From the NCBI GenBank assembly GCA_964276515.1, contig OZ193909.1, positions 21,390,001-21,454,000 on the forward strand: 64,000 bases of DNA. Reading direction: 5' to 3'. Numbering within the stretch: position 1 is the first letter of the stretch; each line of letters begins with the position of its first letter. Shown here piece after piece: positions 1-27,157 of this stretch. The notes beneath the pieces are model-generated. The model made no database searches. It saw only the letters and a program-made list of their open reading frames with translations, and was not told where the DNA came from. Source of the stretch: Gordius albopunctatus (lineage: Eukaryota). The translations under genes were made by a program, and so were the position numbers.

Positions 1-292
1 CTTTAAGTTTATTTTTAGTTTTTTTTTAATTTGCACTTTTTATAGAAAACGTTATATTCATTGATTGGTTCATATTTTCTATGACATGTCGCCTTAAACA
101 TTTATCAAGTTTGTGTATTAAAGTCTTTCCAAAAATAGTTTGTCATTTTTTATTTTTTAAAATTTATCACTTTTTAATAATTTTAATTAATCAGGAAAAA
201 TTGTTATTAGTATAACAATTTTTTAAAAAGTCGAGAATTCTCGTCAAGACGAGACGAAGACTTTTTTTAACCAAGACGAGATTGAAACACTA
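1..292. mobile_element. Terminal part of the TAGTG/GAGAC-repeat non-autonomous hAT-type element (same family as 33644-35341)
   Basis: GAGACGAGACGA subterminal repeats ending ...GATTGAAACACTA at 292; colinear with the end of the copy at about 36700-37000. Confidence 0.75.
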
Positions 293-2191
293 GTTTTATA
301 TGATATTTTTTAAATTTTTAAATTATTTATTTTTTGCAATAATGAATTGAGCAATTATTATTTTCTCATTGAGATTTTTAAATAATAGATCTCGAAAGTT
401 TAAATCCTTTAATATGGCTGAAAATTAAAAAAGCAATGTAATTTTTGTTAAATAAATTTAACCTTGCAGATATTTCAAAATTCATAAATAGCTTAATGCC
501 GAACGGCAAATACTTCGCTCGTTGGAATAAATAAAAACTCGTTTGAGATCGATAATAATTGTTATCGATGATTTTTACATAATCAATATTGAACACTTTT
601 ATTAAATATTGAAAATATATAAAAAGCTTTAAAATATAAACGAATCGGCACGGGCTCAGTCTAACTTCTGGCCATTTAGACAGGGGTAATAATGTTTTAG
701 CCATAAATTTATAAAAAGTTTTACGATTTTTTGGATTTGGGAGGGGGGGGGGCAGTCGCCCCTTTCTGCCATACCCTGGCTACACCCATGAATGCAACTT
801 AATTTTGATTCAAAAATAATGATATTTCCCCCTGGTTATTTCCTTCTTTTTTAAATATTGAAGTAAATATACTTAAATTTCTGCAGATTTCTACAAATCG
901 TTTGGGTTGTACATTAAAATGCAATTAATACAACTATGTTCTAATATCCAATTTGAAATATTCATGGCAAAACCTAGAAGAATATTGAAATTCTTATGGT
1001 TAATTCAAAACAGAACACTTCTACAAAATCAAATACGCCACTACACATGCGCCCAGCCAGGAGGTGGCAGGAAGAAGCGGCTGCCCCCCCCCCTTTTAAA
1101 TCCGAAATTATTTAATTTTTAATATAATTAAGGCTAAAATTATTCAAAAAAAATTATTTTGCCCTTCCCTAACCCCCTTTAAATCAAACCCTGACTAAGC
1201 CCGTGCCACTAAATTAATAATCCAACTGTTTTATGTCACCTTTTTACGACCCTTGGGAATTTAGCTTCTGAGGGTACACACGAGGCCCACAGAATTTATC
1301 TATTATATCAGAAATCAGGACGAAAAGGGTAAAAACCAATACAATTTCTACTATCCTTGCCTCTATGCCTGCTCATCGATCTATTTGAAACAAAACGTCT
1401 ATTAACTTAAAAAAAGCATTTTTATCAAACGAGAGCACCTATTCAAATTTATCATTAAGGGGCCCATGGGGTGTAGCCAGTAGAGGCAGGGGCAAAACAT
1501 AATTTGTTTTCCATTTTTAAGGGTTTTTGCATTGGGGGGGGGGCCCTGCCCCCACCCGGGCTGCGCCAATGAAGGGGCCATTGACAGGTCAGCTCACAAA
1601 ATGCATTATTTTCCCACATGTGCTGCGCTTTAAGTTTAGGAAGTTAAATAAACAAGGAAATTGCCCCCCCCCTCCCCCCTTAGCATATTCCTATTTCTTG
1701 TTATGCTCCATGACAAAAGCAATCTCGACCTTTGACATGAGGTTGTGGAATTTTTCAATTTTTGTGTGACAAATAAAGGAATTTCTTTTGCCTCCTCTAT
1801 ACATTTTTCCAATATCTCCAGGATGCGGAAAAACAAGGGGTTTAGAATGGATATGTTACCTACTACTACTGTCAGATCTCCCTTTGTCTTTTTCCCTTCC
1901 CCTAACCCCTTTTTTACCAGAGATCCCCGTAACAGAAAATTAAAAATTTGATTTTAATATGTAATATTTTCCAAAATTGTTTGCACATAAAATATGATTC
2001 CTCCAAACTATTTGAAGTTGCTGCCCCGATTCCTACCTTATTGCCTATTAATTTTGCAAATATTTATCTGCTTCGGATTCAAACTTCAAGTCATATCTCA
2101 AAATACGGGTTAGAAATAATACATAATTTTTTCGCAAATTTTTCACAAAATATTAAATAAAAAAATATAAAATTTATTTGTTCTTTAAAAG

Positions 2192-5051
2192 TTACAAATA
2201 ATGCGGTAGAAGAAAAAATATGTCGTGAAGGATATTATTGCCCCGACCCAGCTTCGATAGAATTTCAAGTACCGTGTCCCCCAGGTTATTTTTGTCCAGA
2301 GGGCATTAGGTATCCCAAATGGTGTCAGACGGGGTATTATTGTCCAACCGGCTCAAGTTCGCCACGTGGCTGTGAACCTGGATTTTATTGCCCCGAAGGC
2401 TCTTCCAAACCATACCCCTGCCCATCTGGCAATCATATTTTTCATTTATTTTTCCTTGTAGATTTACAATTAAAAAGTATTTTTTATTTATGAAGTCTCG
2501 AAGAATTGGCTTCATCATAGGCGTAGCCAGGGAGGCGCGGGTGCCGCCCTCTAAATCCAAAAATTGTTGAAATTTATTTATGCAGAAGTTTCTAAAAAAT
2601 GATCATTTTGCCCCCTCATAAATCAATCTTGCCCCCCTCTAATCTCAATGTTGGCTTACTTTTTAGAATTCAATAACTAGTTTTATTCGTGGAGTAGACT
2701 GCTCATCAACTTTATATAAGTGTTGCCATTTTGAAATGGGCACAAATAAGGGAAGGGGGGGCATTTAGCTTATAGTAATTTGTGTTAATCAAAGGGTTTT
2801 TAAAAGGTAATAAAAATCAGGAAGTAGTTAACATTAAAAACAGCATTTATAGAAATAAAAATACTTAGATGTCGGAAAGCGATTTGGTGACATTTGCATT
2901 TAATAAAGTAATCATTCTTTTCTATTTATTAACCCTAACCTTTTGTTTCAACGATGGGCAGGCACACTGCAGAAAGACATGATGGGAGGCCAAAACATAT
3001 TTTTAAAATTTTAAGAGTTTTTGCGTTTAATTTTTTGCACCATATGACATGAGCGGTGATGTAGTCTAGGATTATATTTTGTGATTATTTTAGACGAATA
3101 TATTTTTATGTTTCGACACAACATTAAGGCCACTTTTCAAATAAAACAAATTTGGAAGATTTTTCGGACTGCACCCCCTGCCCACCAGGAACGTATTGCC
3201 CTCGCCCAGCACAAACAAAAGTTGAAAGAATTTGTCCACCTGGTATATGAATCCTTTATAATTTTGAATATGAAATATGGGGTTTTTAAAATTTTATTTA
3301 AACAGTCTTATTTTTTTGCACTTAGAAGACTATAAAGTTTTTTTTATAATTAAGTGTTGATATTTATTAAATCAATATGTAAGACTTATGAGAGTTATTG
3401 TTATCAACTTTATATATAGCGAAATGGATAAAATTTTCCACGATTTCAATTAATTTTTAAAATTTAATAAACGGCCATAGTCAATAATTAAAAAGTAAAA
3501 AGAAACCGGCTATAATTACTTTATATCAAAAATGTCTTGTAAAGTTTTTTTACTTTTTATAATCAAATTTTACACAATTTTATTATATTAAATATATTTT
3601 AAAATTGTATAAACTTTCGAAAATGTCCTTAATATCAACTTTTTTAAAATTCTTTCTGCAATAATTAATTTTGTTAAACAAAATGCCAAAGGTTATTATT
3701 GCCCCACTGGTTCTTGGTTTCCAACCCAATGTCCTCCTGGTAGTTATTGCAGAGGCTTCAAAAAATCGTCCCCAACAGATGAATGTCCATTAGGTCATTT
3801 GTGTCCACCAGCTTCATCATACCCTGAGCAATGTCCACATGGTATTATTCATTTGTGAAATTTCATCAAATTTATCTTATTTCAATCTTTTCAAAATTAT
3901 TTTAATAATAAATATCTTTATTTTTTAAAAAGCATATTGGTACAGAATCCAAGTTTAAATTAATGATATAATTTTAAAATTTTATGATATATTGGTTAGT
4001 TTCTAAAATACGTAACCTTAAAAGGCAACACAAAGACTTATAATTTTTTTTTATGAATTGACATGCTTTATTAAAAAAAGTAAATTTTCTCAGGCTGGAA
4101 GAAAAATGCAAAAATTTTTTAGACACTTTTATTTATAAGATGTAATAATTGTAAAGTTGGAGTAGAATGCATATGCGAAACTTGGAGGCGCTCGCTATAT
4201 AACCAGCCTTGGGAAAATGTGCTCTTCTCTTTTCATTAATCAGAGCATTTACTATCATCATCGCTTTTATAGAGCTTAAAAAAGGAGAAATTGAAATTTT
4301 GGTGAAGGGGGCATAAATGTGGCGCTTTTGGTAATAAATATATAGTGGAATCAATAAAAAGATACAAGAAGGAAAACATTTGTAAAAGAAATGATTGAAA
4401 CAAACACGTGATCCCTTTCTTCATCTTCTTTGAGAATGGGCATTGAGTCCATGAAAGAATAAAAATTGGATTTAGCTATCGCAATGCCGATTGATTGTCT
4501 TAGTAAAAAACTATTCGATATTTTTGAAGGAGGCGAACAACCTATTTTCTCACTAACTCTATCAACTACTTTTATAATTTTGCCCTTTTTAAATTCAAAT
4601 TAAGTTTGCATAAAAACAAATATTTTTAGTATGCCTAAAGTTTTAAAGTCGATGTTAATACCTTTTCTCATCATTATTATTAATTATTTTTCTTACATTT
4701 CATTAATAATTTCGAGATAGTTTCCAATTTATATTTTATAATTGTCCAAGCGAAAAGTCTCAAAAATTGTTGGGACTACTTTAAATATAAGGTTGTTTTT
4801 TAGTGAAAAGTATATATCATACCTAATAATTATAATTTAATTTTGTGAGATTAAATTCATAAAACGTCTGCTTTGTTAAAAAATCGTTTGGTCGTTTAGG
4901 AACTTATTCAGATGAGAAAGGTCGTTGGAAATGTAAACCGTGCCCAGAAGGTTTTTATTGTAATACTGGGAGCATAAATCCCTCAAAATGTCCCACTCAA
5001 TATTTATGTGCTAGAGGATCAGCTTTTCCTATCCCAAATCTTGAAAAGTGA
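2192..5051 (+). CDS. Cys-rich repeat protein (CPxGxYC/GCC2-GCC3-like repeats), 3' exons
   Basis: Phase-consistent exons: 2192-2428 (..ICREGYYCPDP..CPPGYFCPEG..CQTGYYCPTG..CEPGFYCPEGSSKPYPCPS), 3692-3841 (GYYCPTGSWFPTQCPPGSYC..CPLGHLCPP..CPH) and 4900-5051 (GTYSDEKGRWKCKPCPEGFYC..PNLEK*). AATAAA follows the stop. A phase-compatible upstream exon is possible at 1822-1928; the start was not found. Confidence 0.8.
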
Positions 5052-5588
5052 TATTGTAAATAAATTATTTTTTGTAACATTGATATGTAGTATGTGTATT
5101 TTATGTATTAATTTGATTGTTTCATTTCATTCATTTTACCTGTACTCTTTTTTATATGATGATATTTAGTATCATGATGTATATTAATTCGCCCGTATAA
5201 AGATAATAAAAAATAGAATGATCGCTATATGTCGAGCTGATAGTCTAAACCCAAATCGTAGTTAAGTTTTAATTAAAACATTTATTTGAGCTTTCATTAA
5301 TAATTTATTTGCAATTTACACACATGTCAATAAATTATTATTTAAAATTTTAGTGAATGGGGTGGTATATTCTGTACTTTACAAACTTCAACATAAAACA
5401 TAGTGCATATATTCGTGAAAACATAATCTTTTTCCCAAATAAAAAAAGCTTAACAAGTGTCGTTAGTTAATAAATAGAAAAAACATTTAATAAGGGGGAG
5501 CGTTGTGACAATGAAATAATTAAGAAATATTGAAGCGCTTTTAGTGAGTTTTAAGTGTAGATAAAAATGTTGGTATAACTTGATAAAA

Positions 5589-19694
<14,106 letters not shown>

Positions 19695-20061
19695 GTGTAA
19701 TTTGATAAGGTGTGTTTCAGCTACATTTGCTAAATGATACTATGATGGAGAATGCATTTTTATTAACTAATCTAAAGTCATTAACGATTGTAAATACAAA
19801 GCTATTTTGGTAATCAGTATTATATCTGATATAATGATAGATTTAACTGTGCGCATATTTCATATCAAAGGCTGTTCCAGAATCAAGCAATCATTGTTTG
19901 ATTTATCTGTAGTAAGAATGAGATTCGATATTTGAGGATTAGGTATCCATTTAAAAGTCTAAATTACACCTTAAATTTTTAATTCATAAAGAAACTCTTG
20001 GATTAAATAATAATTAATTTTAAAGAAGGCAGTATTTGTGGTGATGACATAAAATAGGATA

Positions 20062-23000
20062 TGTAGTGACGTCAATTATTGACGTCAATCGGAAGTCAAT
20101 GACGTCTGGGAAACTTAATTCTAAGGCTTTCCCAGAAAATAATCGATCTTCATGGAAGCGCATCGATGAATTAAATCTTCCATGAACATTATCGATTTTT
20201 CCAATAATGATGATTATGCACCTTATAAATTATAAAAACGTTATGTGTACAAAACGATGATCAGTCGTGTAATTTTTACTCGTGAAACATTTACTCCTAC
20301 AAGAAATAAAACGTTGCTGTCTGGAATAAATTGCTATACCTTTTATCAGTTGGTGTCCCAGTATACCAAATTGGTGACCCTTGGAGTAACTCGCAAAATA
20401 ATTTTTTCCCCCTTCTTAACCTCCTCCCTCGAAATACGTTAAATCAATTAAATGGAAACAAAAGACATGCTGTCTCTCACCCCCGACCCATCCCTTTCGG
20501 ACAACAATATCCCACCTGTGGAAACTATAAAACAGGAATCATTAGTATACATAAAACTTCCTGAATTCCACTCGAGGAATATTTAAATATGGATAGCCCA
20601 AATAGACGCTATTTTTATAACAAGAAGGATAATTTCCCAAAAAGTAAAGTATGCGTATTTATTGGAATCCCTCTCCGCGGATGTGGCCGAAGAAGTCGCT
20701 GATCTGATTCTCAACATCCCTATCGAGAACCCCTATGATGTACTAAAACAGGCTTTGATCAAAAGAATCGGGCAAAACGAGACAATTAAAATACAAAATT
20801 TATTTAAAGAAATTTCGCTTGGCGACAAATCGCCGTCGCAATTACTGCGTCATTTAAAATCCCTTTTAGGAGACAATCAAATGAGTGACACAATTTTAAG
20901 AAATTTATGGACAAACAAATTACCGAAAGAAATTACAAGTATTTTAACATGCATGGGAGACGATAAACCGTTGACTAGTTTGGCGGAAATCGCAGATAGA
21001 ATTCACGAATCATTATTCCATTTTACAGTATCTTCAATATAAAAACCTACAAGTGATCATAAAACTATACAAGGTTTAACCCAACAGATAAATAATTTGG
21101 AATTAAAGATTAACAACTTATCCAATCAAGATTTTGGCAGGAGAAAACAACCTTTTAGGGCAAGGAGTAATTCACGGGGAAGAGGACAACAACGACACAA
21201 GTACTGCTATTATCATTTTAAATTCCAGGAAAAGGCACGGAAATGCATAAAGCCTTGTGCCTATGATAGCCAACCTGAAAAAAACTCGTAGGCTGAGTAG
21301 TTCGGGCGACGGCTACCTCTGGCATATCATCAACTAGTCGTCTATTCTATATTATGGATTGGTCAACAAATCGAAAATATTTAATCGATACCGGAGCCGA
21401 GGTTAGTATTATTCCGCCACCTACACATTTTCCTAAAATTCCAAACGGTTCAACGTTGCAAGCGGCTAATGAAAGCAATATTGTAACTTACGGACAAAAG
21501 TTGCTAAATTTGGACTTAGGTTTGAGACGCGAACTTCAATGGATATTTCTAGTCGCTGATGTTCACTCACCTATTATCGGGCGGACTTTTTACACAGGTA
21601 CAATATAATTGTAGATATTAAAAACAAAAGGTTGATTGACGGAACGACTCAACTAACGTCAAGAGGCCAAACATCCCCCCATCATACATCAGGAATTCTT
21701 GTAGGATATATACAACCTCATTCCGATTTCGATCTGATAATAAAAGAATTCCCACGACTTATAGCACCGGCTGATTTCAATTGCCAATTACCCAACCACC
21801 ATATACGCCATCATATCTCAACAATGGGACCGGCACAACATTCAAGACCGAGGCGTTTGGCAGCGGACAAGCTGGAAGCAGCCAAAAAAGAATTTGAATT
21901 CATGCTCGAGTTAGGAATCATTCAAAAATCGGAAAGCAGCTGGGCATCGCCGTTGCATCTAGCCATAAAAAAATCAGGAGATTGGAGACCATGTGGGGAC
22001 TACAGGAGTCTAAATAGAGTAACTACTCCTGATCGGTACCCTATTCCACATATTCATGATATTACGGCTAATTTATGCCGAAAAACAATTTTTAGTAAAT
22101 TGGATTTGGTAAGGGCTTATCATCATATACCAATGGCCGACGAAGACATCTGCAAGACCGCAGTTACGACACCATTCGGTCTTTATGAATTCCGTAGGAT
22201 GCCATTTGGTCTTAAAAACGCAGCCCAAATGTTTCAAAGATTTATCGATGAAGTTCTACGAGGTCTCGACGGCACATACGCTTACATTGACGACATCCTT
22301 ACAACCAGTTCATCCGAAAACGAACACAAAAATCATCTCAAAGCAGTCCTACAGCGTTTGCATGATTTTAACCTTAGAATTAATCCTTTGAAATGCAAAT
22401 TTGGAGTTAGAGAACTAGAATTCCTGGGACACAAAATAACCGCCGCAGGTATCACTCCGTTAGCAGAGAAGATTGAAGCCATTCGCGATTTTCCAATACC
22501 GGGTTGTCCTATGCGACGTTAAGACTGGCAAGCCAAGACCAGTTGTACCCGGGCAATTTGGCCGAAAAATATTCGACCATTTTCATGGAATTTCACACCC
22601 TGGCATTCGCGCAACAAGTAAAATGATTTCGAAACTATATGTTTGGCCTTCTCTGAATCAAGACATCAAGAAATGGGCCAATGCCAGAAAAATAAAGTTT
22701 ACAGACACACTGTAACGACACCGGGTACTTTCGCAGAACCTGGCGCACGATTTTCTCATATACACATCGATATAGTAGGACCTCTACCTGCATCTAATGG
22801 TTTTCCATATATTTTAACTGCAGTGGATCTTTTCTCGAGATGGCCCATGGCCATTCCACTAAAAGAAACGTCCACAGAGGAAATCACCAGTAAACTAATC
22901 GAGAGATGGATTGCTAATTATGGAGTCCCTAGTACGATCACTACAGACAGAGGCTCCCAGCATATCATCCATCAGCTAATGGACTAGTCGAACGATTTCA

Positions 23001-23984
23001 TAGACAACTTAAAGCTTCTTTAAAGGCCATGGGGCAGATTAAATGGGACGAAGCCCTACCAATGGTACTGCTTGGTATACGTTCTACAATTAAAGAAGAT
23101 ATAGGTCTAACAGCAGCAGAAATGATTTATGGAACTAATCTACGACTCCCAGGAGAATATTTTTCACAACTTGAATCCCTGCAATTCTCGAAGATACGGG
23201 TACATCATTTCGTAGAGAAACTTAAACAAATAATGAAAAAAATCCCATACCCTATACCCAAACGGCACGGAACAACTAAAGAACAAATTAGCCGCGATTT
23301 GTTTGAAACATCTCATGTTTTCGTGAGAAACGACGCGGTACGAAAGCCACTCTCGGCACCTTACGACGGCCCCTACAAAGTTTTGAAACGCGAGCCCAAG
23401 TATTTTATCATCGAGAAGAATGGCAAGAAGGATTCGGTTTCGATAGACCGTCTGAAACCGAGCTATTTTAATACAGATGAGGCACACCTCTCTGGCAACA
23501 ACAAAACACAAACACCATCAACAGATGGAGCCGAAGAGGTTAAAGAAATAAAGATAGACACGAAAGGGTAGACATGTTCATTGGCCGAAGAAATTTCGCG
23601 AATATTGCACATGATTTATATATATACATTTTTTTTATCGATACATTATCAATGTATCTGGGAAGAGAGTATCTGTAGTGACGTCAATTATGGACGTCAA
23701 TCGGAAGTCAATGACGTCTGGGAAACTTAATTCTAAGGCCTTCCCAGAAAACAATCGATCTTCATGGAAGCGCATCGATGAATTAAATCTTCCATGAACA
23801 TTATCGATTTTTCCAATAATGATGATTATGCACCTTATAAATTATAAAAACGTTATGTGTACAAAACGATGATCAGTCGTGTAATTTTTACTCGTGAAAC
23901 ATTTTACTCCTACAAGAAATGAAATCGTTGCTGTCTGGAATAAATTGCTATACCTTTTATCAGTTGGTGTCCCAGTATACCAAA
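20062..23984 (+). mobile_element. Ty3/Gypsy LTR retrotransposon, CsRn1-like, internally deleted and defective
   Basis: LTRs 20062-20370 and 23674-23984 (about 4 substitutions and 2 indels by eye); TSD GATA; PBS TGGTGACCC (tRNA-Trp type); purine tract before the 3' LTR. Gag has C-x2-H-x9-C-x3-C; protease LIDTGA; RT YIDD; integrase with YDGPY motif. RNase H is missing, and there are stops and frameshifts. Confidence 0.95.
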
Positions 23985-24104
23985 GATATATTTTACAAAA
24001 TACATATTGATAAACGACAGTTATTTATTTATGTATGTTTTAATAAGAAAATAACATAAATTTCTCTAATTATTCTTTAATTTAGGAAATAATAGTATTT
24101 ATAG

Positions 24105-25107
24105 TGTTGTATATATAAGAATTGTTATTTAATTTTGTAAAATAACAATTCTTCTATATACAACATAAGCCGTTTCATTAAAAGAGTTCGATTTCCTCAA
24201 TACTCTGGTAGGAGAGCGAGTTAAATTTCCTCAATAATTTTGGAAGGAGGGCGAACAAGTCGTTTAGGGCGGCTACTAAGTTCTTGACTTTCTTCCGCTA
24301 AGCTTTTCTTCGCACAAAAGTTCTTGTCAACAGGTTGTTGAGAAGCTGTCTCTATGCGTGTAGCAGGTAATTCAATTGTGTTACGCCGTTTCTTTAAAAG
24401 AGTTAGATTTCCTTAATACTCTGGTAGGAGAGCGAGTTAGATTTCCTCAAAAAATTTGGAAGGAGGGCGAACAAGTCGTTTAGGGCGGCTACTAAGTTCT
24501 TGACTTTCTTCCGCTAAGCTTTTCTTCGCACAAAAGTTCTTGTCAACAGGTTGTTGAGAAGCTGTCTCTATGCGTGTGGCAGGTAATTCAATTGTGTTAC
24601 GCCGTTTCTTTAAAAGAGTTAGATTTCCTCAATAGTCTGCAAGGAGGGCGAGTTAGATTTCCTCAAAAAATTTGGAAGGAGGGCGAACAAGTCGTTTAGG
24701 GCGGCTACTAAGTTCTTGACTTTCTTCCGCTAAGCTTTTCTTCGCACAAAAGTTCTTGACAACAGGTTATTGAAAAACTGTCTCTACGTGTGTGGCAGGT
24801 AATTCAATTGTGTCAACGGCACTCCTTTTCCTAAGCTGATCGGCATGTTTCCTCCGCAATATACCTTCAATTCCCCCTGGTATGAAACAGGACTTGTACG
24901 TGATACTATAGCTCCCTCTGCGTTATTACCGCCCAAAATCAAGCTACCCAAGCCATTAGAACAGACTCTTGAATTTGAATCTGAATTATACTTTATTTAA
25001 ACTAATCGAAAATACATCTTATAAGAATACCAAAAGATAATTATATTTAGTGGTAGTGTTTGTAATCTATTTAATTTTATAAAATGACAATTCTTTTATA
25101 TATAACA
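24105..25107 (-). mobile_element. Rearranged Mag-like Gypsy remnant (LTR, integrase C-terminus, triplicated 3' end)
   Basis: Minus-strand translation across a frameshift: AIVSRTSPVSY..EGILRRKHADQLRKR..SRPKRLVRPPSKF. Similar LTR-like starts TGTT(G/A)TATATA..AAGAATTGT at 25107 and 24165. Confidence 0.6.
24169..24813. repeat. Tandem repeat, 3 x 216 bp
   Basis: Near-identical units beginning GCCGTTTC at 24169, 24385 and 24601. Confidence 0.95.
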
Positions 25108-25775
25108 TATATGGTTTAGGTTCCATTAAAATTTTTAACTGGAATATCGCCGTTTTCATAGGTGATCCATTAGACAAATATTTCGGTCGAAACAAAAATT
25201 TAAAATGGTGACGTCGAGAACTCACGATTTGAGATTCTACTTGCGAGATCTGGGCTTCAAATTTTCTAGATTTACTTTTATAATCAATATAGTAAATTTA
25301 GTCGTGTATTCTATTTTGTAATTCACATTTGGGGTGAATATTTACCTACTTTAACAATTGCATATGCAGGCACTGATAGGTTTTGTAAAAAAATAAGTAA
25401 TATCACTATGGTAAAATTATTGTAATTGAATTTCTGCGAAATTTAAAATTTTTCATTTCAAAACATTCACTTGAACAGTTTAGACTGTATTCGATTTATC
25501 TAAATACAAATCTATATTAAAATGATAATTTTAATATTTTAACAGAATTAATTCTCGGGTCGTAAAGGATAACAATATTCACATCTATGAGGAAATTGAA
25601 TTTTAAAAGCAAAAAGGACAAGACAATTGACTATGTTAATCAAATATTTTAATGATTTTAAATTTATAGAAAGTAGCTCTAACTTAATTGAACATTTACT
25701 AAAATATTGTGACCAACTACAGTTACTGTTCCCCTGCAATTAAAATAACTAAATCCAGAAATTGAATACATTTAG

Positions 25776-27157
25776 GTATAAGCCGTGCCTAGGCTACGAC
25801 TTCCTATATCCATTCCTTTACAATCTCTGCAAGGAGCCGATACAGCTAGAGCGTTGCACTTGCGGTAAGAAGGCCAACCCGGCCGAATGGGGTTCGAGCC
25901 GGGCTATGGCAAAATAAATCGCACCTAAAGCTCTTCCGAGCCTGGCCCGGAACTAACCCAAAAAACTAATTGTTTATATAATGTCTATCTATTCGACTCT
26001 ATATAAAATAAGTTTTGTCGTAACACTCAATAATTTGTAAATACCAGGTCCTTCTCCCTATCTAAAATTAATTCTTGATCATAATTGTAATTTTATATCT
26101 TGTACATATTATAGCATAAAATAAGTGAATAATTCACAAAGCTCATTCTTGCTAACCTACGTTTAATTTTTTTATTTTGTTAAAATTTCGCTAGTTAAAA
26201 CGACCTTGTTTTAAATTAAGACTTAAATTGTATATTTATTGTTTTTAAATGTAAAATTTGCTCAAAAGTTTGAATTTAAAATAAAAAGTCGGGCCGGGGG
26301 GGGGGGTGTAATAAAACGTAAATTTCGGGCTAAAATTATTTAGCTCAAGGTAAAGAAACACTTTGCAAGGGCCTGAATACAATGAATGGGCATCATTTCC
26401 TCCTCTGTAATCATAATAATGCCGCCAACCCGTCATTAAAAAAACATGCGCAACTTAGGAAAGCGGGCTACAACTAGATCCCTGCAAAATGATTCCCAAG
26501 TCTTATTTTTGGCCCGACCTACTTTATAACATTTTTTAAAAATGATGTTTTCAAAAATTATTTAACCATATAATAAAAATAAAATGCATAAGATATTACT
26601 CCTAATTTACAACTTGGAAAAGTTTAAGATGAAAAATCCTCACCGCTAAAATTTATTAAACTAATAATTTAAAATATAGCTTTACTTTTTATAGTTTTAA
26701 CAGCTATTATGATGAATACATTTAAATAATAGGTTAAGAATTGCAATTCAGTTCATATATTATCATAGAGGGGCTGAAGTTTGCAAGCGATATTATGTAG
26801 GCTATTTGGAGATAACTATTTAATATCGAGATTGATTTATATCATAGTTTATAAATTTTTAGCTTCCTTAGGTTCAATTCGGACCGGAGTCGGGCCTCAA
26901 AGCCTGAGCCGAGCCCAATTATTTTATTGAATTCTGCGGGCTTGGGCGGTGCCTGAAGGGCTCTAATCATAACCAAGGGGGAAAGAGGAGTGGTCTTTGT
27001 TCCTCGGCCTTACCAAACAATTATTAAAGTACCGATCTCAATGGCGGGAAGCAAAACCCTTGAAATAATTTCTTCCTCTTAGGTGGAATACTTGCAGTGG
27101 CTAAAAAAAGGGACACATAGACTACAGGGCTCTTGCTCTCCCCAAAACAGCAGAATA
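25776..27157 (+). CDS. Possible small multi-exon gene of unknown product (tentative)
   Basis: Splice-bounded open segments: about 25776-25863 YKPCLGYDFLYPFLYNLCKEPIQLERCTC; about 26048-26101; about 26769-26796; about 26978-27028 GERGVVFVPRPYQTIIK; about 27083-27157 VEYLQWLKKGTHRLQGSCSPKTAE*. They can be chained in phase, but there is no recognisable domain or start. Confidence 0.35.

Noticed and set aside
23164..23511. Antisense ORFs in retroelements (also 31326-31592, 62152-62529, 56987-57241)
   Set aside because: Reverse-strand shadows of TE coding sequence.
20450..23571. Alternative genetic code or programmed readthrough to explain the many stops
   Set aside because: Host genes translate cleanly with the standard code; stops and frameshifts are confined to decayed TEs.
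24169..24813. CRISPR-like array
   Set aside because: Whole 216-bp units are repeated with no unique spacers; no cas genes; eukaryotic retroelement origin.
25833..25950. tRNA or tRNA-derived SINE (GGTTCGAGCC B-box-like motif)
   Set aside because: No cloverleaf could be folded; better explained by an exon candidate plus a GGCCCG-MITE remnant.
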